From IMG/VR virus record IMGVR_UViG_3300028734_000003, positions 159 through 64,158 of that record: DNA of 64,000 bases; one strand, given 5' to 3'. Below the pieces are notes generated by a model that did not search any database, was not told where the DNA came from, and worked only from the letters and a program-made list of their open reading frames with translations. Position numbers and translations under genes: made by a program. This DNA is from a virus (Duplodnaviria; Caudoviricetes). Positions 1 through 11,663 of this stretch are shown here, piece by piece; positions within the stretch are counted from its first letter, which is position 1; each line of letters opens with the position of its first letter.

Positions 1-2
1 CA

Positions 3-53
3 CATTTCCAATGGTCACAAAGAGCATCATACTCTTGGTCTTTTGGAGCTTAA
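3..53 (+). CDS. C-terminal end of a small virion-associated protein (partial)
   Basis: Frame 3 reads HFQWSQRASYSWSFGA*. This W..RAS.. ending is typical of the family whose N-terminal half begins at 63849. Confidence 0.55.
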   Translation, partial: HFQWSQRASYSWSFGA

Positions 54-121
54 TTTATCTATTAACTATCAACTTATGTTTAAGGTAAAAAAACTGAGAA
101 ATTGTTGCTGACAACCAGCAT

Positions 122-1219
122 ATGCAATCATCTATTATTGGTGAATTTAAATGATTTTTCCCAAAAGAAAAGGATTGTCCGCCTCTAAATGAGAATGACT
201 CTGTATATCTTTTCTCTACAAACACTACCTGGACTATGGTTGATGGTAAATTGATAGATTCTTGAAGAATCGTTATTGCCCAAACCGTCGTTCCACAAGT
301 AGTCGTTTCTTTGGATGTTATCAAAGAAGCTCTCAATCAATTTGACTTCTTGCAACTCATTCAAGAAAACCCAGAGCTTTCATCATTTTTACGCTGAGAA
401 GATGGTAAATCTGTGAAGATTGACGAACTTGCAGCTTATCTAAAAAATGATCCAGAATTTGTAAAATCAATCGAAGATAAGCCAGGTAAAGAAGGTAAAA
501 CATTACCTGCACAAGAACCAGATCTAAAACTTCTTGCAAAAGAATTAAAATCTGATCCAACATTTATTGAACTTACAAAATGAAAGGATGCTGACAAGGT
601 AATCCCAGTATCTTTGAATGATGTTGTCCTATCTCTATCTACAAACGAAACATTCATAAATAAAGTAAAAAACTCTGTATCATTGGCAGAAATTATTGCT
701 GAGAATGTTGTAGAAAAGGTTGCTGACTGTTTAGCAAATGACGAAGAATTTGTACAAGCAACAACAGGTGCTCCTGGTAAAGAATGACCAAAACCCACAA
801 AAGATAAAATAATGGAAGCTGTAAAAGAAATTGATATTATTAGCCAATTAAAAGCAGATTCAGAATTTATTGAAATGTCTAAAGGAGAGACTGGAACTAG
901 TGTTAAGGCTGAAGAAGTGGCTGCTATCTTAATGAAAGACCCAACGTTCCTAGAGACTGTTACAGGTAAAACTGGAGATACAATATCTAAAGAAGAAATA
1001 TCTGCTTTCTTAAAAGCTGATCCAGAATTCATTAAAATGACTACTGGTCTTCCAGGACAAACACTTCCAGGTAAGCCAGGAGAACCAGGAGAGGGAATAT
1101 CTATTGGACGATCTCCAGATGGTAAAGCCGATTTCACTACAGAAATGAAAGATGGTGATAAATATATCTCTATCGGACTTGGTAGAAGAATACCAATAAT
1201 ATTTAGATCAATACCATAG
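122..1219 (+). CDS. Repeat-rich fibre-like protein (helical repeats with short collagen-like linkers); true start may be ATG 76
   Basis: Open with TGA=Gly from 89 to TAG 1217-1219. About 8 repeats of the type L-K-x-D-P-x-F-I-x-x-T-x-G, plus GAPGKEGPK and GLPGQTLPGKPGEPGEG. Confidence 0.7.
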
Positions 1220-1225
1220 TTATAT

Positions 1226-3982
1226 ATGACAAGAGGCTGAGTTAGTTACGATAAATTTCTCAAAAAAATAAGAGAGAGTGACGACACAGCCGTTATAGAA
1301 TTTACTAATCTTTGAACAACATATTGAGAATATATTTGACAAATAGCTCTGGTACCTGGATATTGAATATATTCATGGAACGGGGCTATTTGGGAATCGG
1401 AAGGATGAGTAGCAGATCACTCAGCACTGAGTAATCTTGATTTTGAACACGCTGGACATATTGGGTTCGCTAGTGAAGCTATGCTGGCAGACTATGAAAA
1501 GTTAGCAATTTCAACAACGCAAGATAACCTCTATACAAACCTAATACCTAATAACCTACTCATACCAGATAGAACCTATTTGGTAAGTTTATGAAATACC
1601 TGAGAACATTATTATATACAAGCTATCACAACAAATACATACAAAAGTATAAGATGAGCATCAAATCTAGTAGCTTATGAGCAAACACAATTTGATTTGA
1701 ATTACGACAACGAAGCGGGTATTCAATGGAATCGTTTTGATAACCGAGAAAAACAACAGGTTGTCATTTGAACCACAACAAATGAAAATCAACGAGGTAT
1801 TGCAAACGCAACAAAAGTGACTTTGCATTCTTCTGCGTATGATATGTTCAAACGAATTTCAACAACACCTTGACAGGAATATACATTTTCAATTCGAGCA
1901 AAATTCGACACAGTGACAAATCTTGCGATCACAATTATGAAAAACTATTTGAACTGGAACAATTGCGTATATTATACAGAAACAAACAAAGACTGACGAC
2001 AGAAATGTTCGGTTAGATTCGTTGCAGAATCAACATCAACTGTTGTATTTATTGGTTGAATGAACAATGTTTGATGATGAGTACAACAAACGGCAGGTGA
2101 CTGTTATCTTTGTTGTTTCAAATGTGAGGCTTCTGAAAAAACAGATGAGATGAACTTCTTGCCTGTCTTTGATTTGCTTAGGTGAGTTGGTAGAGATTAC
2201 AGAGCAACAGCAGGTTGGGTAAATAATGGTTGAACGATATCAGTAGGATATCCAGATGTTGTCTGAATCAAAAGAGCTTCTGCAATCACATTTGCATCAG
2301 AAGCACAAGCACAAATGGGACATTATTACAATATCACAAATAGAGTTCCAACACTTGAAGTAGGTAAGAATTACATATACGGAATTCGATTAAATAAAGT
2401 TTTTGCTTGAAATATAGTGATCACGCTTGCAGATAACAACTGACGGTTTGAATATCCACAGCTTGTCGATAACAATCTTTGATGACGACAATACTATGAA
2501 TTAGAGTTCACATATAAATGAAATTGATTGTTCTTTTATTTTTGAGGTAGTGGAACGATCAGACAAACAGCTTGAACGTTCTATATGTATTGACTTACAC
2601 TTAGACAAGCACCACTTCCACTTGTTTCGTGAGTACAAGAGATTATTGCAGGTGATTGAATAGCTGTTGATAATTCAGACCCGTCTGCTCCAGTAGTTTC
2701 TGCTGTTGGTTGATGAAATTGAGCAGTCCAAAGATTCGAGTATTGACAACTGACTATTGCAAAAATGTCGTGACAAATTATTCCAACAATGTCAGCTCCA
2801 TGAGTAAATGCTTGATATAGCAACAAAGACATCAACATAAATCTGCAAAAATATCTGAAATGTTTTGTTGATATCATTGAATATCAAGATTGATATGAAG
2901 TACAAAGACGAAACAAAATGAGATTTGCAAATCAAGATGACATATTTCTTTTCTGTTCAGAAAATTGTTCAACATTTTATAATGAAAATGATGTTCTTTC
3001 TTATTCAAACACGATCATCGCTTTGTTCTATGATATTATTGATTGAAGTATTCAATGAATCCCGAAAGTCAACGGTTGAAATACTTTCTATCAAATGCTT
3101 AGATGAAAACACAGAGAACTTGCAACCAATGCTTGACTAAGGCACTTACAAATAGTTTGAAATGAAAATCAAAGAATGCCCGAGCCGTTGTATTATCAAT
3201 TCATACAAATGGCTTTCGATAATATGTTCCCAGAGCGATGACTTGTTGCCGAAGAGTGATTGTATGATTGACCAATTGGAAGTTTATTTTGGTTCGGTGC
3301 TTCATACAAAAAGAGATTCAATCTTTTGAAAGCAAACGCAACCATACACCCGATTGAATCATCTTGAAACAGCAGGTCATATCTGAAATATGACTTAACT
3401 GTTCCAGAATATACACGAGCATATTGAGTTTGAGATAGCGAACGAACAATTGACCAATCAAGAACAAAATATATTTGATATGAAATGGGAACTTCTTATT
3501 GATTGGAACTTGCAAATAAAAATGAAGTTTCAATACTTATACAACGAATAAAAGCAGAAAACAAGTCAATTGTTATTTTGTATTGTTTGACAAGACAAGA
3601 CCCAATCAATGCGTCACAAACACAATATGCAATCTATGTGAAGCCTGTGAATATAGATACTTTGTATGTTTCACCTTTTGATGATTCGTTGTATGAATTG
3701 AACGCTGTTTGTGAGTGAGATTTGCAATATCAAAAATTACAAATACCGTATTTCAGTAGCATGACACCGAAAGAATTCGATTCTGTGAGAATACAAAAAT
3801 GAAATCGATATGCTTTGTTATGAAGAAAACAACGGAATCTTAGATGATCAAAAAATCCGTCTGTCAGATTTATGCTTCGCAGATTGAGTGATTGAATGAT
3901 TTGACCAATCACAAAACAAAGAGCAGTCTTTGAGTGACCACGCAGAGATAGACCAATCACGACAAAAATATCATATACATAG
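1226..3982 (+). CDS. Tail fibre / receptor-binding protein with two carbohydrate-binding-module-like domains (~918 aa)
   Basis: One frame with TGA=Gly. Contains DHSALSNLDFEHAGHIGFAS (common in fibre proteins), CBM-like motifs TPGQEYTFSIWAK..GWQKCSVRF and VGKNYIYGIWL..GGWQYYELEF (W=CGA), and an IIAGDGIAVDNSDPSAPVVS linker. Confidence 0.75.
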
Positions 3983-4004
3983 TTCAGATATGTTTGCAGG
4001 TGCG

Positions 4005-4107
4005 CCCAGTTGATGTCGTACTCCATATTTGAGCAACCATATTATTTGCTCACAATACTGGGTTGTCCATTTAATTCAGCCCACATTATCCCCCTAGAAA
4101 TAGGGGG
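4005..4107 (+). ncRNA. Structured intergenic RNA segment (nested hairpin plus GAAA-tetraloop hairpin)
   Basis: CCCAGT(4005-10)/ACTGGG(4057-62) encloses TGAGCAA(4030-36)/TTGCTCA(4046-52). CCCCCTA-GAAA-TAGGGGG at 4090-4107. Confidence 0.45.
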
Positions 4108-4113
4108 TGAAAC

Positions 4114-4156
4114 CAATACAATAGGTAGTATTCGAGTTCGATTCTCGATGTGTTGA
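4114..4156 (+). ncRNA. tRNA-like minihelix (acceptor stem + T-arm, no anticodon arm)
   Basis: CAATACA/TGTGTTG 7-bp stem (one G-U), TCGAG-TTCGATT-CTCGA T-arm, 11-nt linker ATAGGTAGTAT containing GG, discriminator A, no encoded CCA. Confidence 0.55.
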
Positions 4157-4199
4157 TATTCAGTAATAGATGCACAGCTTTAGTTCTTAATCTTATAGG

Positions 4200-4541
4200 A
4201 TGGAGAGAAGAGTAGCTAGGTATATGAGAAATGACCAGAATGAACACAAGTATAATAATCATCATATCTTATGACACTGCAACTCTAATCTCTATAATGT
4301 AGATATTGCTGAGAACCTTATAAGAGTTCTAAAGACCGAACATAATGCCTATAATTGTATTGTGTGAAGTCTACCAGAACAACAAACTCCTAGATGAGTA
4401 TTCAAGATGGCTCATAAATGGACTAATCAAGTCCTAAGTGATTATGCTCTAACACTATTGACTACATTGTGTGAGATGCCAGACAAAGAACTACTTGCTC
4501 CAGAATTTATTAAAAAACATCTTGTAAAACAGGGGGAATAA
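4200..4541 (+). CDS. HNH-like small protein
   Basis: NHHILG...NV....ENLIRV...EHNAYN spacing; open with TGA=Gly. Confidence 0.5.
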
Positions 4542-4578
4542 TGTAATAAGAATATGTTTATATTATAAATTCAAGAGT

Positions 4579-5091
4579 ATGATAACACTCTCAAATATCC
4601 GATACTATATTAAATGACTGTTTGTAAATGTTTTCTGGACTAAATTTATATTATGACCATGCTTAGTGGTTCTTGCTGACTTTGCCGGAGTAGATAATAT
4701 GCTTCATGTACAATACATATTTGTATGATGGATGCTTACAATGGTTATTGGTACTATAGCGGGCAGTATGACTGAGTGATTCTCTTGGAAGAAATTTTGA
4801 CTATGAGCTCTGCGTATGTTCTGATATATTGTTATGTTATTTTTGGGACACGCTTTTGATAAGTGATTCGAAACAGAGTTTGTATTTGACTTCATATATG
4901 CTATAATTGCATTAGACCTAATACATAGCTTTCTCAAACATAGCCCAGTATTGGGAATCACTTTCTCAGTAAAAATACTTAGATTCTTCGAAACTATAGA
5001 AAATAGAGTAAGCGGAATATTCCTAGCCAAGTGAGGATTTGACCAGATAGTAGATGATATTATACCGACAGACACAAAAAAGAAGAAGTAA
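4579..5091 (+). CDS. Holin (phage holin family 4-like)
   Basis: 170 aa with several hydrophobic segments, GFSWKKFGLG followed by a TM segment, SFLKH..LGI motif, and a charged tail. Lies upstream of the endolysin. Confidence 0.65.
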
Positions 5092-5472
5092 TATGTCGGG
5101 TGTCTCATACTAAGCTGGCAAAGGATGGGACAGACTTGCAGAGAGGTGGGATTGCAAGTGATATTTGTTGGTTTATTCTTAAAAAACAATATGGAGATAG
5201 TCTTAGTGCTATTACCGTTATATGCTATTGGTTACATGATTATGTTTTTCAAAGATAGATGAGATATGTTTTATATCAAACATAAGCGTATGCAAAATTT
5301 TTTAAGTAGAAGAGAATATCTCGAAGGAGAAATAAAAAAACTTGAGGAAGAATTGATAAAAGTTGAGTCATCTTCACTCAAAGATAAAGATTCAGTTATA
5401 GAAGACATAAAAAAAGATATAAAGTTTAGAAAAGATGACCTTAAATCGTTTTATAACTAACCAAATTGGCTT

Positions 5473-5745
5473 ATGATAGCTATACTAAAATTTCTAAGAG
5501 ATACTTTTGTTACCTTGTCGTGGATTGGTCAACTCGTTGATGAAAAACTCATTTCTAGCACGACTGCCAGAGTAATTGAAGGAGCAATTTATACGCTTGA
5601 GCTAGGTTTGTTGACATATATTTATAATGGTTTGAATACTGGAATATTTACAGACTTCAATGCAACGTTATGGGTATTATTTGTTTGATTTTCAAAAACA
5701 ATAATTGAGTGTATTGTAAAATCATTTAGAAATAACAAAAAATAA
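5473..5745 (+). CDS. Small membrane protein (second holin/antiholin candidate)
   Basis: 90 aa after TGA read-through; hydrophobic helices and a basic C-terminus; lies in the lysis cassette. Confidence 0.5.
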
Positions 5746-5746
5746 T

Positions 5747-6385
5747 ATGACAGCTGAGGAACAAATCACAGCGATTATGAAAAATAGATTTTTTGAACCA
5801 AAATATTTTCCAAAAAAATTCAAAATAAAATCGAATCTCAATAAAAATGTAAAACTTCACACACAGACAGGACCAAACTGTTGGATGTTTGCTGCATTTA
5901 ATAATGTATCGCTAGATTATGGTATTTATGTAGATGAGGCTAAGGCTCAGAAATTTCTGTGACAGTTCTGAATGAAGCTAGAACAGTGATGATCTACCGC
6001 AGCAAGTTCTATGATGCTCTCTGAATATCTATCTATAAATGGGAAAGATTATGTTGTTTATTCTCTAGACATACTTACACAAATTAAAATATTTGCAGAT
6101 ATGTTAAAAGCTGGACGATGGTTTATTTATTCTAGAGATTGTTCAAAGGAGGTACTACAAGACATAGCCGACAACGATGTGATAGATTTGATTCATAAAT
6201 GAACCACTAGCCCACACGCAGTAAATATTTGATGACAATTTGGCGTTGGTTTACAGGAACTATGAAATTGGGGAGATGAAAATAAATATAATGATTTCAG
6301 ATATAAAGATCCTCAGCTATTTGTCAAACTTGTAAAATCATGAATGATAGAGAGAACCGTATTATTTATTTCCGAAAGACAATAA
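5747..6385 (+). CDS. Papain-like cysteine peptidase
   Basis: QTGPNCWMFA (oxyanion Gln, catalytic Cys), PHAV (His) and GNWG motifs in one TGA=Gly frame. Confidence 0.7.
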
Positions 6386-6387
6386 AA

Positions 6388-6843
6388 ATGGATATATTAA
6401 ATAGTATTGAATTATTGGTTGTACCATTCAAATGAAAAATTAAATCACTGATGGCTGTTGTAAAGGGCAAATACCCAAATCTTGCCGCATTTGAAACTAT
6501 GCGTACAAAAAATAGACAAAAGCGGCTTGTAGATAATGATAAGTCATGGACTATGAATTCTCAACATCTTGTTGGGAAGGCGGTTGACTTTGTATTTCTA
6601 AATAAGAAAGGACAACCAACATGGACAGGAGATTACAAATATCTACACTATGTTGGATACATGTGCTGAGTTACACCAATCATTGTGAAAGGGAAGTTAC
6701 TAGAGCAATGTCATCTCCAGGATACGAATATTTCTATCCAGGATCAAATAGCAATAAACAGCGATCGCTGGCATAAAGCTACGGAACAATGGGAAAAAAA
6801 TCTTCTACACATGGTAAACAATGAATTGAGAAAATACATATAG
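6388..6843 (+). CDS. Endolysin, peptidase M15 (L-Ala-D-Glu endopeptidase type)
   Basis: ETMRT..RQ..L....SWTMNSQHLVGKAVDF and a downstream EQCHLQ zinc-ligand motif. Confidence 0.85.
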
Positions 6844-6866
6844 GTATGGGGTGTCTCCCATACGAG

Positions 6867-6898
6867 AAAGGGGGGTCCTAGCTAAGGACTCCCTTTTT
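6867..6898. terminator. Bidirectional intrinsic terminator between convergent arms
   Basis: AAAGGGGGGTCCT-AGCTA-AGGACTCCCTTTTT hairpin at the point where the + and - gene blocks converge. Confidence 0.75.
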
Positions 6899-6899
6899 A

Positions 6900-9800
6900 T
6901 GTTCTAAATATTTTTCTAAGTATCTTTTGGCCTGTTCCCTTGTTTTGAATTTAATCACGCAGTCGTCTCAATCTTCAATATATTGTGCTCATTGATTTTC
7001 TCAGTTTGGTGCTTTTATCATTATTCTAAATCTTCACGCATGATTAGATACCCTTGGAACAAATTCAGCCATATTATTTGTAAAATTCTAAAAATTTTTC
7101 TAGTTCTATTCTTGCCTTTTCTCTTGTTTCTCTCTTTGACATATAGCACACAGCCCTTGATCTTAGTCAGTTGATTTTTCTTCAGCAAGGAAGGCAGTAT
7201 TTTGCTTGACATTTTTTTCTGTTTCAACACTTACAATAATCTTCTTTATAGGCTCTTGCGAGTTCATTCATAATTTTTTGTTTATGGCAGCTAAAATTTT
7301 CTTTGTTCACTCCCTATCCGCAAGCCTTCTTAGAACCTCATCATTTGCAAGCGTCTCCATAAATGTTTTTGTGATGGCCTCATCAATTCTTTTCCATCTT
7401 GTGTCAGAAATTCTGTCAAAATTTATTCCTAATTCGTATGCGATAAACTCAAGTAGTTTTGGGTTATTAACTGGCATCAACATCTTGTGTATAGATTAAG
7501 GGTAAAACAACATCTGCTCTTTTGAACTTTTTTTGGAGTTTTTGTCTCAAATTTTCTCATCTTTTATCGAGCTCTTTTTTGAAATTTTTCTCATAATATT
7601 TTTTCCTTTCTTCCAGGACAGGTTTCAATATCTGATCAATAATATTATTCATATTTATTTTACAAATAGATCTGATATATTTAGCATTACTATTCTCTTT
7701 ATTTTGTTTCTCGCTGTTATAGAAATCATAATCTTCCTGGAACTTATAGTAGTTCTCAAGTAGCTTCTCATTTCATTCTCTATAATTCGCTTCAACATAT
7801 TTTATCTTGGAATATGACTTTAGATCTTCGTCTAGCCATTTGCATACTAGTGCCTGTTCCCTATCTCAGAAAACCAAATTTCTTCAGAGTAATTCCATTA
7901 TCTATTCCATATCAGCTAAAAGTTTTAGTTGTTCTAGATGCTCATTATCTAGCTCTTCTTGCCTTAACCTAAGTTTTGTAAATCAATATTCCATAGCATT
8001 TTTCATCGCATCAACAACATTATACCATCATTGTTGATAGGATATTCATCTTTCACAGAACATATAATTTTTCTTTTCTCATTGTCTATCAATAATAGAT
8101 ACCTGCATCTTTACATAATCAATAAGAATATCTACTCATATTCAATTAAGAGGCACTGACACCCGTTCTTTTCGGATTTTTGTTTCCATGAACATATTGA
8201 TTAAATATTAAAAAATTTTCAAGAACCAATCATTCACTCATAGATCTTCTAGTTTCTGGAAATTTTGGATCTTCAAACGTAAATTTAAATCACCTTTTTA
8301 CTATCCTTTTCAGCATTGCTTTTAACATCACTATCCCCATTACTTGTAAGTACATCATCGGAGACAGATTCTTCCAATAGCTCGTTTTGTTTCTCTGCAT
8401 CTATTTTTTGGCTAGGAATTAAAAGTTGTGTATTATTTGTTTTATACATAGCAAAGATTTTTGTATACTCTTGGCTTAGTATAATTACTTGTCTAGCGTC
8501 ATCTTTATTGAGCTCATTAACAAGTTTTACAAATAAGGAATCCTTTGATCATTCTTCTCTAAATACTTTGATTGTCTTTCGCATAACTATTTTATATTAG
8601 AAGGTAAATATTTTTGCTGTTTGGGTTATAGTTTAGTATTTTTACATTAGGACTTACCTGCTTATCTATTCTTTTGCTGGGTAGATCATCTAGTAAATGT
8701 ATCTTTCTTTCTCAATCTAATATCTTTACTAAAGCCATCTTAGTATCATTCTTTCGGATTTCCAAACTTCAATAAGTCTGTAATGTATTAGTGAATCCCT
8801 CTAGGGTGTCATCTGGTTTAGGATAGTTCATCTTTCTTATTATCATCTAAATATTTTCATAATTCCAATAATAGCATCATAAAAATTGTAAATGCCAATA
8901 GTATAAGAAAACAAATTATTGAAGCAAACTGTATATCGTTCATCTATGTAATTATTAAGTAAATTAACATCGTACAATAGTTGGATATATTGGATAATCT
9001 CATACTTTGTATGGTGGTATTGGTAATGTATTTCATACTGATCTTGGAGGGATTTGTTTATATGGATTCTTTAATAATTCTAATTCTCTTTCTAGCTCTT
9101 TGATTCTATTGTCTTTTCTAAGTTCATCTAGCTCATTTTCTAGTTCTTTAATTTTTTGGTCTTTATTCATAGGGTGGTGGTTTACTTAGATAAAAGATGC
9201 TTCTTTATTACCTCACTTATTCTATCATCATATAATCACATATTATTAAAATCTTTTACTATCAATTCCACAAGATTATCCTCGCTAGGAGATTCCTGTA
9301 CTTCGTGAAATTTTCAATATTCTCACATAACAGATGTATATCAGCATTTAGGACAAGGGGTAGTAGTTATTTGTGATGGTTGTATTGGTTTTATATCATC
9401 ACATTGCATATAGTTCTGTACTTCGTTCTGTTGGGGTTCTTTATATTGATATACTGGCTTTGTAGTAGTTTGCTCACTTACATATTGTTGTTTATCTCCC
9501 AATAATCCTTTCTCTTTTGCTTCTTCGTAAGTGATTATGGTGTATCAATTATCCTCTGGTCGTTTATTCATACTTTCTCATACATTACATACGATATTGT
9601 TTCAACTCTTACATAAAATAATAGGCAGTCTTTTATCTGTATCAAATCGAGATAGGTGTATATCTAGTCTTTCTTTTGGTTCATCAAGTTCAATATGAAT
9701 TGACTTTATACATTCTTTAGCCTGCTCCTCTGTGGAACATCTAATGGCGTATTTCTGTTGGGGCATCTATCTTCTTGGGTTATATCATAAATATTGAGCT

Positions 9801-10770
9801 ACCATAATTATTGTTTTTTTGCTATCTCATCTATCAATCATATCTAGTATTTCTTGTAGTGTAGAATAACATCTAAAACAGGACTCGTGCATATTATTAC
9901 CACAAACATTTATAGTTTTGGTTGTAGTTGGATATGTTTTAATTAGTTCTAATCATACTGGTGGTGTATTACTAGTTGTTTCCATCTATAAGGTTGTTAG
10001 ATAGTAAATAAATTAGCATTAGTCATAATCTTTCTACATCCAGAGATAAACAAATCTGTCAAAGATTTCATTCTTTACCTCCACTTTCTATGTATGATTT
10101 CCATATCAATGCTTCTCTTCGTGAATTTTCTCAGATTTCTGCTTTCTCTTTTACCCATTCTTTTAGATACTCCATAAGTTCACTTGCTGTATAGGCAGGA
10201 TATGATTTATCTCACTCTTCTTTACATTTTCTCCATACTTCATATATTTCTACACATTCTTTTAGTGTCATCATCTCACAAAATTCAATCCATTCCCAAT
10301 GACTATCCTTACAAAATCATAAGTCAGATAGCTTCTTTGAAATTTCTAAATTGGTTACCTGTTTAGCTAATTCCATCTGTGGATATGTTAGTTAGTAAAA
10401 TATATAGATAAATAAATCAGAATTATTCAAGGTAAGATTGTATATGTAGTTCAGTTATTTACGGATGGATATATTGTTCATCATATAATAATACCCAACC
10501 CAAACCAAATAAGCGCTACTCATATCATAGATTTATTTTTCTTCTTCATTGTTGCACAAAAACATAATAATAGAATAATAATATAAAAGTATTTTTGAGT
10601 CTAAACTCCTAGTATACTCTATTTACTCAGTGCGTATCTACCACAAAACTTTCGTCTAATGGTAGTATCATGAAGCGCATAAATAACAATAGCGATAATA
10701 TTCATAATCAGATCATAACCACTTCTGGCCAATCCATCTGATTTTTAATCATTCGTTCTGGTTTTCGCAT
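6900..10770 (-). other. Block of small hypothetical genes (some with CxxC motifs, some membrane proteins)
   Basis: Closely packed short ORFs in the recoded code, each with an AT-rich leader. No function recognised. Confidence 0.55.
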
Positions 10771-11663
10771 TATTTATTGTTAGGAAATAAAACTTCTGAT
10801 ATGAGTACATAATCTCAAGCAGGCCATTTTATTTTTTCAATAGCCTCTAATCATTGCATTCATATTCACATCCATAGATCTAGATGTTTTCACTTAATGG
10901 CTCATCATCTATCTCTACAAGTCACCCATCAATATCATTCAATCTTAAACTTAGTATATGATGGGAACTGTTCTCAACAAGCTACCATAAGTCCTGCTTC
11001 TTCGTTTGTTAGTATTCATCAGAACGCCGGAAACAAACATCAGCTATTTCATATATTAGATGCTCAACAATTCATTGTGACATCTGCTTCATATGATTTT
11101 CATTTATAGTATCTCTCTTGTCACTTTATTGGAGAATAGTATCTTGTTATTTCATAATAGCCAGTTATGCCATTTGATTTTTTTATTGTCGTAGGTTTAT
11201 TTTTGTCCACGATGATACCTGCCTTTAGAGGGTCAAAATATTTCCCTGGGCATGTTGATCACCATGATCGGTGTGGTTTTATTTTAGCATCTGGGAATTG
11301 TGTTCTTAAAACCTGGAGCAATATGTTCAGTGCTTCGTATGCTTCTTGCGTTGGCTTCTCCTTATTAAAGTTTCAAACCAAGGCGACACCTATACTTGTG
11401 CTGTTGTTCTTTTTGTTGTGGAATCAAATATTGTTTATACATCTAGTCTGCACAACTGTTCAGTCGCTAAATACTAGATAGTGATATGCAACATCTGTAT
11501 CCTTACAAGATTCTGGTTGTCATGGAAATCTTTTTGAATGTCACCTAGAGATATTATCAACTACTTTCTGATAATCCACTCAATCATTTTCCGTATTATG
11601 GATTGTAATTTCCGTGATGTTTCTAGTAAAAGCAGTTTTACCTGTTACTGTAGCAGGTTTTGA
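10770..11663 (-). CDS. N-acetylmuramoyl-L-alanine amidase (Amidase_2/PGRP-like) + 3D domain; no start codon of its own, -1 frame of the upstream ORF
   Basis: Amidase motifs ITIHNT, VAYHYLVFSDG, GFH..NNSTSIGVALVGNF, IKPH....STCPG, then 3D motifs ITRYYSP, VAC...FP..TKFKIEGYG..TCRDRGGAIKGKHLDLWMG. Confidence 0.85.

Noticed and set aside
436-1137. Long opposite-strand ORFs in the track (e.g. 436-1137, 52154-52717, 54572-55246)
   Set aside because: These are antisense shadows of real + strand genes, with Ser/Phe-rich composition and no motifs.
4085-4115. Hammerhead ribozyme (hairpin followed by GAAAC)
   Set aside because: The CUGANGA core is absent upstream of the stem.
4114-4156. Functional tRNA (e.g. 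a suppressor) or attP site
   Set aside because: There is no anticodon arm and no integrase in the window. Kept only as a tRNA-like element.
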